Source: a virus
Taxonomy: Duplodnaviria > Caudoviricetes
Direction: 5' to 3' (one strand)
IMG/VR virus record: IMGVR_UViG_3300024331_000007
Location: 192,001-256,000 of that record
Length of the DNA stretch: 64,000 nucleotides
In this document: in pieces, positions 9,068 through 19,057 of the stretch
How the letters are laid out: each line of letters starts with the position of its first letter
Position numbering within the stretch: position 1 is the first letter of the stretch
Program-made: the position numbers and the translations under genes
The notes under the pieces: model-generated
Seen by the model: only the letters and a program-made list of their open reading frames with translations
Told to the model about the DNA's origin: nothing
Databases searched by the model: none

Positions 9068-9121
9068 TTCCTCTCGACTACCTATACAGAATAACAAACT
9101 TTGGGCAGCTTGTCAACCAAA
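9068..9121 (-). promoter_or_regulatory. Early sigma70 promoter + RBS module, copy 2
   Basis: TTGACA (9111-9116)-17-TATTCT (9088-9093) plus GAGAGGAA. Confidence 0.8.
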
Positions 9122-9132
9122 TATTTAACTTT

Positions 9133-9329
9133 TTAAAGGCTTTGATATGTAGCGTTTAGGGCCATTGAATTGCATTTTCCAGCCAAACAATCTTCCGTTA
9201 CCCTAAATGCTTCCGACAGTTGGTACGTTCCTATATGATTGTCGGGTGGAAAATAGGCAGTCTTATCATCGTGTGATTGGATTTCCAACCATGCAAGATA
9301 AGGAAAAACTGTTTTTGTTCGTCAGTCAT
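9133..9329 (-). pseudogene. Frameshifted family B paralog
   Basis: MTDEQKQFFLILHGWKSNH continues, after removing an extra AC in CACAC (~9271), as DDKTAYFPPDNHIGTYQLSEAFRV... Confidence 0.7.
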
Positions 9330-9494
9330 TCAGTCCGACTTTCTTAGCAATTTTTCGGATGAGTCGCAAACATTTGATATTGATTCCTAAACAAATCACA
9401 GCAATGATTGAGATGCCGATATGAAATTGCGGTGCATAGAACAGCCAGTTGATCGTAGATGGTTTCATGATGCTCTCCTATTGAACGAAACTAT

Positions 9495-10904
9495 TTACTC
9501 TGGCAAAGCATCTTTTTCTCGCTGTCTAGCGTATGCATAGCCCAACGACATTGCTATGGTTCCATCTGGACCGTGCCATTCAAACATACCATCGCATTCC
9601 AAAACTTCTACCCATCCATTGAGCATCAGGTAAAATTCCATCTCTTCAACGGATGAAACAAAATCAAGATTCATCGACATTTTTCTGCCACTCAAATGCA
9701 TGATCTATATTTCGCGTCATAGAGTATTTTTTGAGAATTGGAGAATCTTTTGGCGGGAACCACCACTCAGTAGGATTTCCTGCTGACTGCCGTTCGTGCG
9801 TCCAGCCTAACAGTATCAAGTAAACTTCTTTTTCCTTTTTAGTCACGGCCACAATATTCACCCCTCTCGTTTTTCTTCTGACATCTGTATGCCGCAGTCA
9901 ATCCGAAAATTCCTGAACTGGTTTGGTATGGACAAACATAATACGAACCTCCGAAAGTTTCGCTGCGTTCGTAAACCCATCCACACATTAGCAAATAGAC
10001 GTGCTGCTCCTGATCTTCCTTAGAAAGATTGTCCATCACGGAACCTCGCTAATTTATATGCATCACGCAACAGCAAAAAACCGGGACCGCCGTCTTCATA
10101 CCAAAATTCAAGATGATATGTGGCTTTCGGTTCGTCTTCCTCTAGTCGTTTGAACCCATGCAACATCACATATAATCTTTTTTCATCATCCGTTACAATA
10201 TGCTCATCCATTTTGACGCCGCTCCATTTCCAATGCAACTTCCCGCGTCCAACGGAAACTGGACGGATAATTAGGTTTAGTGTATAAAATTGGAGCGTGA
10301 TCTTTTCGCGGCAACGGAATCCAGCCACAAAACAATAGATAGACGTGTTCTTCTCTTGCTCTGCGTCTCATCGTCCGTCCTATTCGTAGAAAATTCTGAG
10401 GATCAAAAATGCATAGTCTGTATCAACAACCGCATTGCGCGGTGTTTTCCAACGATTTTCCGAAAGGCGTTTCCATCCTGCAAACATGAGATACATTTCT
10501 TTTTCATTTTGGGGAATGTCAGGCATATTATCGCAGACTCCGTTTCTGTGCTCTGTATGCTTTATCAAGAGACAAGGTGTAGCGATACCGTTTGTTGAAT
10601 GGGCTGCCCTCTGGTGGATAATACATAGTATGAGAACTTCCCGGCCAGTAAGAATTTTTAATTGGCAAAACCCGCCAGCCATTCAAAACTAAAAACATTT
10701 CCTTCGCATCATCAGAAAGTTTCACTTCTCTCCAGCTTTTTGCATAGCGAATGCATGTTCGTCGGTCAAGTAATACGAACAAATAGAATATGCGAGAGAA
10801 CCGTTCGGTGGAATCCACACAACAGGAGGACATTCTCTCGGATCATTTTCAATGGTCCATCCATGAAATAACAAATACACAGATTTTTCCTGATCTTCCA
10901 GCAT
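9495..10904 (-). repeat. Tandem array of 7 small paralogous genes (family B: E/K-x-x-YLxLxGW...(Y/F)xPP...A(Y/F)xxQK)
   Basis: EMEFYLMLNGW (9495), KEVYLILLGW (9664), EQHVYLLMCGW (9839), KRLYVMLHGF (10020), KEMYLMFAGW (10380), KEMFLVLNGW (10528), EKSVYLLFHGW (10722). Confidence 0.85.
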
Positions 10905-10915
10905 GAAAACCTTTC

Positions 10916-11167
10916 TTAGAAGTAATAATGTCCGTCAGTTTGAACCTCAATCATCGCATCATTCCAGCGATGACGCAGAGAGGCAAGAATACGTTCCCAT
11001 GTTGCAATCGCCTCTTCATTGTATCGGCCCGTCTCGCCAGAATGCAATGCAATGAGAACCTTATTCGCCTTCTCAATGCTATTCGCAATGGTTTCGACGC
11101 TGACAATGCGACTCGAATCCTTCGGATTCATAGCTGGCTTTTCTTTGATCTTCGGTAAGAATCTCAT
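10916..11167 (-). CDS. Hypothetical protein, leaderless sigma70 promoter
   Basis: TTGACA (11197-11202)-17-TATACT (11174-11179)-6 nt-ATG 11167. Confidence 0.6.
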   Translation of the reverse strand: MRFLPKIKEKPAMNPKDSSRIVSVETIANSIEKANKVLIALHSGETGRYNEEAIATWERILASLRHRWNDAMIEVQTDGHYYF

Positions 11168-11222
11168 GAACACAGTATACCAAACTTTCCCTTTATTGTC
11201 AACTAGAATAAGTCCTTTGTTT

Positions 11223-11762
11223 TCAACACAAACAAGACTTAGCCCATTCTCCAATCTTTGCCAATTCTTCCAAGGAAGCATTATTTTTGATTGTGTTAGC
11301 TTTTTTAGAGATGATGTGTATGTTTCCCTTTTCGTATCCCAAAGAATTATTAATTCTATCAATTGATGGTGAATTTGGATTATTGGTTCTATCTCCACGA
11401 AACAGAGGAATCCCAAGCAGAGGACAAATCTGTGGAATGATGATATCAGATGGCTCAAGATTAAAAACCATATTATGATCCTTAGCTCTTTTCTTTGCTC
11501 CCTGAAGTAGCATTTTTATATGATTTTTATCCTTATTCCGAGCGTATCTCTGAGCACTCTGTTTTTTAATTCGTTCTTCATTTTTCTTGTAACGATCTTT
11601 ACTACGTTTCAAAAACGCTTCTTTATTTTTCAAGTATCTTTCGGCGTTTTGTTTCTTGATTTTATCTTTGTTTTTAATGGCATATTCTTTATTCTTCTTA
11701 TCAATCTTTTCCTTGTTTCGAGCATAGTATGATGCATCATATTCCGTTCGTTTACATGTCAT
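11223..11762 (-). CDS. HNH-family homing endonuclease with Lys-rich helical N-terminus
   Basis: PQICPLLGIPL...SPSIDRINNSLGYEKGNIHIISKKANTIKN; TAAATA and GGAGG upstream. Confidence 0.8.
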   Translation of the reverse strand: MTCKRTEYDASYYARNKEKIDKKNKEYAIKNKDKIKKQNAERYLKNKEAFLKRSKDRYKKNEERIKKQSAQRYARNKDKNHIKMLLQGAKKRAKDHNMVFNLEPSDIIIPQICPLLGIPLFRGDRTNNPNSPSIDRINNSLGYEKGNIHIISKKANTIKNNASLEELAKIGEWAKSCLC

Positions 11763-11766
11763 AAAT

Positions 11767-12765
11767 TTACCTCCATGTATATTTATCGTATACGGAAATA
11801 TGAAAGCATTTCTGTAAAAATTCTTCCTCAACATCAATATTTCCTATCAACCCATCAAATGTCAAATAGTTCCGCATCCATGCTAACTCTTCTTTTGAAA
11901 AGTTATGCTTGTTAATATCAACTGCAATTCCAGTAAGATGTGGACTTGCGGCATCACCTGAGATTGCGGCTGCATTGCGATTGATTCGAAGTAAATGCCT
12001 TTGTACCTTGATGGTTCGAACTGCCGAATCAACTACGAGAGGCTTTTCAAACTCTCGATAATACGCATCCGAAACATCAATCAAAAATGCAGCTACCCAC
12101 GGACGACAATAGCGCCTATTCTTCGGCAACCTCTTATCAACAGCAAGATGTTGTGACGTTGGAATAGGAACGAGAGCTTGTGTTGCAACAAGATAATCCA
12201 ATTCCTTGTCATCTTTAATTTGTTCTAATCCTTCTTGCTCTGCCATTTTATTTTGATGCAGGAGAACTTCATGTGAACCATATAATGGGATGCTTCGTAT
12301 AGCTGATATACTACCATCAATACTTGTGTAGAATCGCTGGTGTCCGATCACACAGTATAATTTGTATCGCTTCGACTTGAATGGTTTGTTGTTGAAATAC
12401 AACACATCCGAGGGCAATGAAAGTTCGTCGGACCCATCCAACACCTTAGCAGCAACAATTGAAAAGTATTCCTGACGTTTCTTTGGAATTGCTTTTCGTC
12501 CTGTTGCATTGAAACCGAATTGCCAGTGTTTACCTGAATGCTGCTTTGTCACTGAACATGGTGAATCGGCAATACCAGCGCGAATACGATTCATGATTAC
12601 TGTTGCCACAGCATACTGACCTTTAAGTGATTCCCCTCCAGCTTCTCGATATATTGTTTCAGCAAGACAAGCAACATCCTTGTTTGAAAATTGTTGGGCT
12701 TGGCATTTATATGATGACAACATCATAATCATACATATCATTAATATCTGATACATTTTTTTCAT
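11767..12765 (-). CDS. Exported cell-wall hydrolase: SleB/Hydrolase_2 domain + DUF5715 (M15-like peptidase) domain
   Basis: Signal peptide; CLAETIYREAGGESLKGQYAVATVIMNR...IGHQRFY; SAVRT..VQRHL.R.N.NAA...SPHLTGIAVDI...CFHISV. Confidence 0.8.
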   Translation of the reverse strand: MKKMYQILMICMIMMLSSYKCQAQQFSNKDVACLAETIYREAGGESLKGQYAVATVIMNRIRAGIADSPCSVTKQHSGKHWQFGFNATGRKAIPKKRQEYFSIVAAKVLDGSDELSLPSDVLYFNNKPFKSKRYKLYCVIGHQRFYTSIDGSISAIRSIPLYGSHEVLLHQNKMAEQEGLEQIKDDKELDYLVATQALVPIPTSQHLAVDKRLPKNRRYCRPWVAAFLIDVSDAYYREFEKPLVVDSAVRTIKVQRHLLRINRNAAAISGDAASPHLTGIAVDINKHNFSKEELAWMRNYLTFDGLIGNIDVEEEFLQKCFHISVYDKYTWR

Positions 12766-13460
12766 AAATGTTTTCCTTTGCAATTTTCGTTATGCCATCT
12801 ATTGACAGTTGCAATATCTACTATGCGATGACAATATTTGCATTCAACTTTTGGTCTTGGAGATAGTGATTTACCAATTCTTGATTTTGAATGTTGTAAT
12901 CTAGTTTCCTGTGCTACTTTCCTTCCTGTGGCATAATCTCGTTGTTTTTGTTTTGTATCTTCGGAATGCTGGATTCCTTTGTTCCAAGGAATTTTTCCAA
13001 ACATCGGATTTAGCTTTCCTTTCAAACCTACACCACCCATTTTTGCTTTAGCTATTTTTCTCTTTTGTCTTTCTGCCATCGGCACACCTTTATTAACAAC
13101 AGTACGACCTTTATGATACTCACTGATAGCCTTTGAAAATTCTTTTTTCAGATATGCATAAACCCGTGACGTGACCTTTATGGATTTTTGTTTACTGTTT
13201 CCATTCGCTAAGCGATGCCATGCAAAAATCATTTTATGTCTTGCTTGACCAACAGTAAATTTAGTTAACAGCCAGTGACAAATAAAATGTTCTCTCGCCG
13301 TCAAACTACATAAATTTTTCTTTTCGTTGCTTCCTCCCAAACATCGTGGCAGTATATGATGCCTTTCATAGTATTCTCCTGTTACCCTTATGCGCAATTG
13401 TGCTCGATAAATTAAACTATCGTACCAGCGAGAATATTTGTTAGTTAGCATCAGTGTCAT
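12762..13460 (-). CDS. HNH homing endonuclease with NUMOD3-like repeats
   Basis: YYERHHILPRCLGGSNEKKNLCSLTAREHFICHWLL; PWNKGIQHSEDTKQK; TAAATA 6 nt before ATG. Confidence 0.85.
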   Translation of the reverse strand: MTLMLTNKYSRWYDSLIYRAQLRIRVTGEYYERHHILPRCLGGSNEKKNLCSLTAREHFICHWLLTKFTVGQARHKMIFAWHRLANGNSKQKSIKVTSRVYAYLKKEFSKAISEYHKGRTVVNKGVPMAERQKRKIAKAKMGGVGLKGKLNPMFGKIPWNKGIQHSEDTKQKQRDYATGRKVAQETRLQHSKSRIGKSLSPRPKVECKYCHRIVDIATVNRWHNENCKGKHL

Positions 13461-13528
13461 ATCTACTATTTATCATCAAAAGAATCAACAACATACAAAA
13501 AATTCATTGATGATTTGTCTAAAAGCGA

Positions 13529-13551
13529 AATCCCCGCAACGTGCGGGGATT
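13529..13551 (-). terminator. Intrinsic terminator
   Basis: AATCCCCGCA-acg-TGCGGGGATT, followed on minus strand by TCGCTTTT. Confidence 0.75.
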
Positions 13552-13570
13552 AGCGCGGTTAAACTACGTT

Positions 13571-14116
13571 TTACTTTGTCTTCGTTTCTGGCTCCGCCAC
13601 TGCCCATTCGCTAATCGAATGCAACTTCCAAGGGCTAACAATTACGCGAGGTTCAACGTACATTGGCTGAAATCCCTGCTTTTTGCTTGGGTCAGAACAT
13701 AGAACCCATGTGCCTTCAGCAGTCGGGGGCATGTAAAGACCGTTCGGCTCAGCCTGTGGCAAGTTGTAATACACACCCTGATACGGATGAATTGCCTTTT
13801 CAGGATTGCTGTACTGTACTCCGTATGGCAATCCATAACCAATGGAATTGCAGACATGATGCAAATTTCCGTTCATATCAATCACATACGAGTAAGTCAA
13901 AAGTTTCTGATCGCGAAGTTCATACAAATACTTCACGTTCTTCAACTCTGTAAAGTTCGGAGTGTTTGGTAGTCCAGTTTCAGCAACGGCTTCCTGTTGA
14001 GACTGCTCCTGCTTGGCCTGAATCTTCTGGTCAGCAGTCGGCTGAGTGTCGTCGCATCCAGCAACGAACAACGCAGCACCAATGAGGGCGATTGCACCGA
14101 TATAGCGACGATTCAT
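13571..14116 (-). CDS. Lipoprotein
   Basis: Lipobox ALFVAG-C after a positively charged, hydrophobic signal. Confidence 0.75.
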   Translation of the reverse strand: MNRRYIGAIALIGAALFVAGCDDTQPTADQKIQAKQEQSQQEAVAETGLPNTPNFTELKNVKYLYELRDQKLLTYSYVIDMNGNLHHVCNSIGYGLPYGVQYSNPEKAIHPYQGVYYNLPQAEPNGLYMPPTAEGTWVLCSDPSKKQGFQPMYVEPRVIVSPWKLHSISEWAVAEPETKTK

Positions 14117-14496
14117 TACTCACTCCTTAGTTGATTGATGAAAACCTGTTCATCCTCAGGCAACAGAGAATTGTTAATCTCAGACGCTTCATGCAAAATC
14201 TGCGTCTTGATTGCATCCTTCTCGTCTGCGTCTTTAGACCGTTGATAAGCAGCACGAAGGTCTGAAATACGATTTGACTTTCCAAGCACAAAGCTGGGTG
14301 TGTTCACAAACACCTTTCGCTCTGCCGCCGCCTGCTTAGGTGCCCAAAAACTGTAAATGGCAAGGTCGCCGCCAGTGGCAAGAAAACCAAAACCATACAG
14401 GACAACCATCAGCACCAAAATTCCAAAAACGGCTCGTGGAAGAGTCCAAAAACCCTCCCGCTCAAATTCTCTGAAACCATCACGATAATCACTCAT
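14116..14496 (-). CDS. Membrane-anchored protein coupled to the lipoprotein gene
   Basis: TM segment AVFGILVLMVVLYGFGFLA. Confidence 0.65.
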   Translation of the reverse strand: MSDYRDGFREFEREGFWTLPRAVFGILVLMVVLYGFGFLATGGDLAIYSFWAPKQAAAERKVFVNTPSFVLGKSNRISDLRAAYQRSKDADEKDAIKTQILHEASEINNSLLPEDEQVFINQLRSE

Positions 14497-14913
14497 ATTG
14501 TTTCCTTTCCATCTTCTTTCTTTTTAACTTGTGCGCCATCATCCTGCGCAAAACCCATTCCCAACAAAACAGCATCAACTGCTACGAAAAATAACAGTAC
14601 CGAGGCAACACCATACCGGTGATCATGTGCAAGATATCCACCCAAATAAGAGATACCTATTCCAAGAAATGCCAAAAACAAAAATAAATAAAGTCTCCAA
14701 CGCATATTACTCTTCCTCTGGTTTGAAAATCTCAAACGATTCAATAATTATCGAAAGGACAAGCACAAATGGAGATAAGATGATTGCGGTTATCAACATC
14801 CATGAATATGCTCTGTCACCATCGCGATGCTTTCGCTTTTCCAAAAAGCCTTTCAGCGCAATATCAAGACTCAGAACAAACCATAGCGTGAAAAACAACT
14901 GTTCGTATATCAT
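14493..14913 (-). CDS. Two small 2-TM membrane proteins (14493-14744, 14707-14913)
   Basis: Hydrophobic pairs in ORF track translations. Confidence 0.55.
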
Positions 14914-15067
14914 TTGTTTGTCTCTTCTTTCTTTAGTTCTTCAGTCAGCCATTTTTCCGCAAAACTTTTTGGCACTGGGGAAGACTCTTGTTTGTCTCCA
15001 TTGTAGAGACACCAAACTTCAACATTACCCACTTTTGTGTGAAGACGAATGTGCCATCCTTGATGGC

Positions 15068-15577
15068 TCATGCTCCACCGCCGTCAATCAGCATTTGTGT
15101 ATGCCGCTGCCGTGCCAACTCTTGATCGCGCTTATATATGACTTCACGCAAGAAATTCAATGCTCTGTTGTATCGTTTCAGAATGTCTCTGCCTTCTGGC
15201 GGAAGTGCTGCAATCCTCTCAGGTTGCATATTGTCTTGCAAGTCAGCAAGTTTCACTTCAAGTCCAATTTGATTTTTGGATGCACGTTCAATCAAAGACA
15301 TATAGGTTTCTTTGACGGGATGTACTCGCCGTGACACGGAATCAACCGCATCGGCAACAACTTGACCCCATTTTTCGGCAATGAAAGATAGAGGAACGTC
15401 ACAATCTTCAACAACATCATGAAGAATGGCTGCGATGAAATAATCTTCGCCTAAATCTAACACTGAAAGAGCAACCCGCAAAACATGACCAAAATAAGGC
15501 CGACCGCCCTTATCAACCTGTCCTGAATGTTTCTCCAGCGCGAAGTCAATTGCAGATTGCATACGTGCGCTAATCAT
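15068..15577 (-). CDS. Stand-alone RelA/SpoT-type HD domain protein (small alarmone hydrolase-like)
   Basis: HSGQVDKGGRPYFGHVLRVA...AAILHDVVED...VKLADLQDN. Confidence 0.85.
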   Translation of the reverse strand: MISARMQSAIDFALEKHSGQVDKGGRPYFGHVLRVALSVLDLGEDYFIAAILHDVVEDCDVPLSFIAEKWGQVVADAVDSVSRRVHPVKETYMSLIERASKNQIGLEVKLADLQDNMQPERIAALPPEGRDILKRYNRALNFLREVIYKRDQELARQRHTQMLIDGGGA

Positions 15578-15583
15578 GTTTAA

Positions 15584-15612
15584 AGATTACAGGAAAAGCA
15601 CCCGTTTGTCAA
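15584..15612 (-). promoter_or_regulatory. sigma70-type promoter, leaderless geometry
   Basis: TTGACA-17-TAATCT-6 nt-ATG 15577. Confidence 0.7.
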
Positions 15613-15655
15613 TGAAAGTAAAATCAAAGTTTGGTATTTTGTTGGAAGTCCTACA

Positions 15656-17644
15656 TTATGTACGGATTAACCCGCCGCCGATTGTGGAGCGTCCTGTTGG
15701 TGGAGTGACCAAACTAACAGGATTTGTGGCTAGAGATTGATTAACCAAACTGTTCGCTTGCAAAACTTGTGCGTTCTGTGCTTCTGCGACTGTTGCATTC
15801 AATGCTTGTCCTGTGAGCGTGGAAATATCAATGCAGTTCATAACGTTGTTCAAACCCGTGACTTCATCGGCATTTGGTATTTGACTTGCAATAGATGCCA
15901 TTGACGCAAGAGACGATGGGAAACTTGTCAATGAAGAGAGGCCGCTTGGAGCACCGGGAATTTTCATAAACATGGCATTTTGTGGTGGATTGTCAATCAT
16001 AACAGTTTGACTTGCACCATAATATTTGTGAATGATTGAAAGAACAAGTCCTGTCAATCCTCCAACCTTCGGAAAATTTGAAACAAGATTGGATGCGATT
16101 GCTGTTGGATTGATCGGTGCGAAGTTTCCATTGGCAGCGGATAGCACAATACTGTTGTTGTGTGTTTCTGCAATTCCATTGTACGATGTGAACAAAGATG
16201 TATCAGTTAATGTCGGGGCGATGTTTGCAAGATTCTGAGCATTTTGATTGATGAGCGCAGAACCACCAACAGCTAAGCTGTTGATGTCGGCGTATGTTGA
16301 ACCATCGCTCAACGTTACGGGAAACACATTATCAGTCAGGGCAGCTTTTATATTACCAGTGTCAGAACTAATGTTTGCGTAGTGTGTTGTTGTCGTGAGT
16401 GGTTGCAATCCAAGACTTGTACTTGACAATGCCTGATTGAAGTTTGTTGATCCCAGAACATCATCAACTGTGGGATTACCGTTTGTTCCTGATCCCGGTC
16501 CAAAAGATGTTTGCAGATTTGCAAATTGATCCTGAGAGATTGGTGAAGTCAATGCCATCAACTCTGGTGAATTTGTCAGTGGCGTAATTTGTGCCATCGT
16601 TGTTCCCAACGCTGTCATGGACGGAAGGTTTGTAAGACCGGGAACGTTCGTTACAAGGCCGCGAATCAAATGGTATGCATCCAACGTGGCGCTGCCAAGA
16701 GCTAAGGCATTAGAAATAATTGCAGTGACAGTAGGACCAAGCATGAGCGGAATGTTTAGCGCATCTGTCCACTGATAGATTGCTGGTGCTGCATTTGATC
16801 CCACTCCAAAGAATGACACAACAGCATCCAAGTCTCCAGTCTGAGTCAATGCATCGTTTGCTGCCTGACCAATCACAGCATCGAGCGGATTCAATTCAGT
16901 AATGAGGAAGGTATCATCGGCTGACATTCCAACTGGATTTGCGATAACGTAATCAAACAACTCACTACCGATTACTACTGTGTTTACAGTCGTGGGATCA
17001 ACAATTGTCTTTCCAAAAAAGTTTAGATGCAGGTTTCCAATTGTATCGTTTCCAGAATCCAGAATCTCTTTGAAGCAACCAGCATTGCTGAATCCACTGA
17101 AAGGATCGCTTGGAATCATGAGAGTTCCAAGTTCTGAAATTGCATTTGCAACTGAGATAAACTGAACTGGATCATTGCCGCCAATTGACGAGAACCCACC
17201 GCTTGCGCTCAGCGCAGGACTTCCAGACCATTGTGTAGCTGCCGCCGTTCCTAGAACAGCTTGCGTGGTTGCGGCATAGCTTTGGGCCTGTCCTAGAACT
17301 TGCAGATATACGTTTGCTGTGGGACTTCCACCAAACCACGCTACGGTACGTGCTGGAGCTATTTCAAATAAAGGTCCAGTTCCAAGGTTGGAAGCGAAAT
17401 CGTTTGGGATTTGTCCGAATACGTGAGGGAAAGAGTTCGCACCGATACTCTTCAACAGATTGGCGTTCGTTGGTGTGAGGCCAAATGGAAGGGTATTTGC
17501 GGTGGAATAGATGTTGCTGAAATTTGTTACAGGAGCGTAGCTGCTGTAGGCAGTTAGATTGACTGCGATATTTGGCGGAGCAATGCCCTCGCCGTTTTGT
17601 AGGCCAGTTGAGGCCAGTATTTGAAATCCTGTTAATCCGTTCAT
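15656..17644 (-). CDS. Putative virion structural protein (Ala/Ser/Thr/Asn/Gly-rich)
   Basis: 662 aa low-charge composition; TAAATA 5 nt before ATG. Confidence 0.55.
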   Translation of the reverse strand: MNGLTGFQILASTGLQNGEGIAPPNIAVNLTAYSSYAPVTNFSNIYSTANTLPFGLTPTNANLLKSIGANSFPHVFGQIPNDFASNLGTGPLFEIAPARTVAWFGGSPTANVYLQVLGQAQSYAATTQAVLGTAAATQWSGSPALSASGGFSSIGGNDPVQFISVANAISELGTLMIPSDPFSGFSNAGCFKEILDSGNDTIGNLHLNFFGKTIVDPTTVNTVVIGSELFDYVIANPVGMSADDTFLITELNPLDAVIGQAANDALTQTGDLDAVVSFFGVGSNAAPAIYQWTDALNIPLMLGPTVTAIISNALALGSATLDAYHLIRGLVTNVPGLTNLPSMTALGTTMAQITPLTNSPELMALTSPISQDQFANLQTSFGPGSGTNGNPTVDDVLGSTNFNQALSSTSLGLQPLTTTTHYANISSDTGNIKAALTDNVFPVTLSDGSTYADINSLAVGGSALINQNAQNLANIAPTLTDTSLFTSYNGIAETHNNSIVLSAANGNFAPINPTAIASNLVSNFPKVGGLTGLVLSIIHKYYGASQTVMIDNPPQNAMFMKIPGAPSGLSSLTSFPSSLASMASIASQIPNADEVTGLNNVMNCIDISTLTGQALNATVAEAQNAQVLQANSLVNQSLATNPVSLVTPPTGRSTIGGGLIRT

Positions 17645-17683
17645 ACTAATATTTAGGCTCTCAAATAATGGCCTTTTGGCGTG

Positions 17684-17980
17684 TTATCCAAGCAAAATAC
17701 TGGACTTTGGTACGACCAATTTGCTTGTTGATTGGACATATGAGTCACGAAACTCTGAACGAATTTCTGTTGTGGATACCGCGATGCTTGCCTTTGATAG
17801 AGTGATTGGTCTATCTTCTGCTGCTGAGAATAGAAGTGGCGCTAAGCGAAGCTGTCCACCCGGTACAAGCATGATTGAACGTGCGTTATGCAATTCAAAT
17901 TCGTTTCCCTTGTCTACTACACTGGCAATGAGTTCTTCGCCAGATGTAAGTTTTATTGCCATGATTACTTGTTCTTCCAT
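17684..17980 (-). CDS. Sm-like fold phage protein
   Basis: IKLTSGEELIA...ELHNAR...LAPLL pattern typical of T4-like phage Sm-like proteins. Confidence 0.5.
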   Translation of the reverse strand: MEEQVIMAIKLTSGEELIASVVDKGNEFELHNARSIMLVPGGQLRLAPLLFSAAEDRPITLSKASIAVSTTEIRSEFRDSYVQSTSKLVVPKSSILLG

Positions 17981-17981
17981 A

Positions 17982-18614
17982 TTATTTCCTTTTATTCTTC
18001 ATCGTATTTGAAATTTTTATCTTTGTTTCTTCTGATCTTTTCTTGCCACTCCAAAAGCCTTTATTTCCTTTTCTACTCAAAGACATTTTCTTTTTTGTTT
18101 CTTCTGAAAAGATTCTACCCTTCAGAGATTTTGACAAGTTTTTCTTATGCTCATTTGAGCGAGGCTTATGTTTGACCCTAAATTTACTTTTTCTTTCTTC
18201 ACTGTATGGTCCAAGTTTTTTACCTTTACACCACGGACTTTTACCTTTCATCGCTTCCGAAAGATGTTTTTTTCTCTCCTCACTATGAGGACCAAACTTT
18301 TTCCCACGAATAGTTCCTGCCAATCCATTTTCTATTTCTAGGTTAGCCCATTCATCAGAATCAACAATGTTATTCATTTCTGAGAATCTGGTTGCAAAAA
18401 ATACTAAGCTATCTCGTTCAGTAAAAAGATGAACCCAAAGAGTCTCTATATCATTTCCATGAATTTTGAGATGCCTCAACCAATATTTTCCTGATCCACG
18501 ATACTTGTATGGATCATTTTTGGTTGTTCTCCCAAAATATTTTAGTCCTGTTTTATTGTGTCGTTTTACATACAGCCATGTTACGGCAACATAATCATCA
18601 TTCAAGATAAGCAT
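17982..18614 (-). CDS. GIY-YIG (Seg-like) homing endonuclease with NUMOD3 repeats
   Basis: WLYVKRHNKTGLKYFGRTT..DPYKYRGSG; HSEERKKHLSEAMKG, SEETKKKMS repeats. Confidence 0.85.
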   Translation of the reverse strand: MLILNDDYVAVTWLYVKRHNKTGLKYFGRTTKNDPYKYRGSGKYWLRHLKIHGNDIETLWVHLFTERDSLVFFATRFSEMNNIVDSDEWANLEIENGLAGTIRGKKFGPHSEERKKHLSEAMKGKSPWCKGKKLGPYSEERKSKFRVKHKPRSNEHKKNLSKSLKGRIFSEETKKKMSLSRKGNKGFWSGKKRSEETKIKISNTMKNKRK

Positions 18615-18630
18615 AAATCCTCAACCGTAT

Positions 18631-19056
18631 TTATGCATCAACTCCTAATTTGGATAAAATATCTTCTCTTTTGACAATACTGGATACTGTATAATCAGTC
18701 AATGGATAGTCGTCCAGTACAATAGCTGCCTTCTCGCCCTGAATAATGTCTTCTATGATTGCAAGTTTAATGTCATGCTCTTTGCCGTGTTCACTAAGCA
18801 GCAACGTATAAAAAGTCCCGAGTGCTTGTGAGTTCACGCAAAATGTTGTCTGACCAAACAAGTCCCAAGGTGTAGGCCACTGGTCAACCTTCGCAATATC
18901 AAAATGCGGTTTGTTGATGCGTGGACCCGAATCCCAATTCGTTTTGATTGTCTCAACAGCTTGTTCAAACGGAAGGGTATCAATGTACTTGCGAAATTTT
19001 CGTATGCTAATAATTCTTGATTCTGGTGTTCCAAGCCAAGCAATCTTGTCAGCCAT
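18631..19056 (-). CDS. Conserved jumbo-phage hypothetical protein
   Basis: ORF track; WPTPWDL motif. Confidence 0.55.
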   Translation of the reverse strand: MADKIAWLGTPESRIISIRKFRKYIDTLPFEQAVETIKTNWDSGPRINKPHFDIAKVDQWPTPWDLFGQTTFCVNSQALGTFYTLLLSEHGKEHDIKLAIIEDIIQGEKAAIVLDDYPLTDYTVSSIVKREDILSKLGVDA

Positions 19057-19057
19057 A

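Noticed and set aside
14531-15334. Long plus-strand ORFs (also 1911-2609, 4276-4833, 20458-21156, 50954-51559)
   Set aside because: Antisense shadows of well-supported minus-strand genes, with no motifs or RBS.
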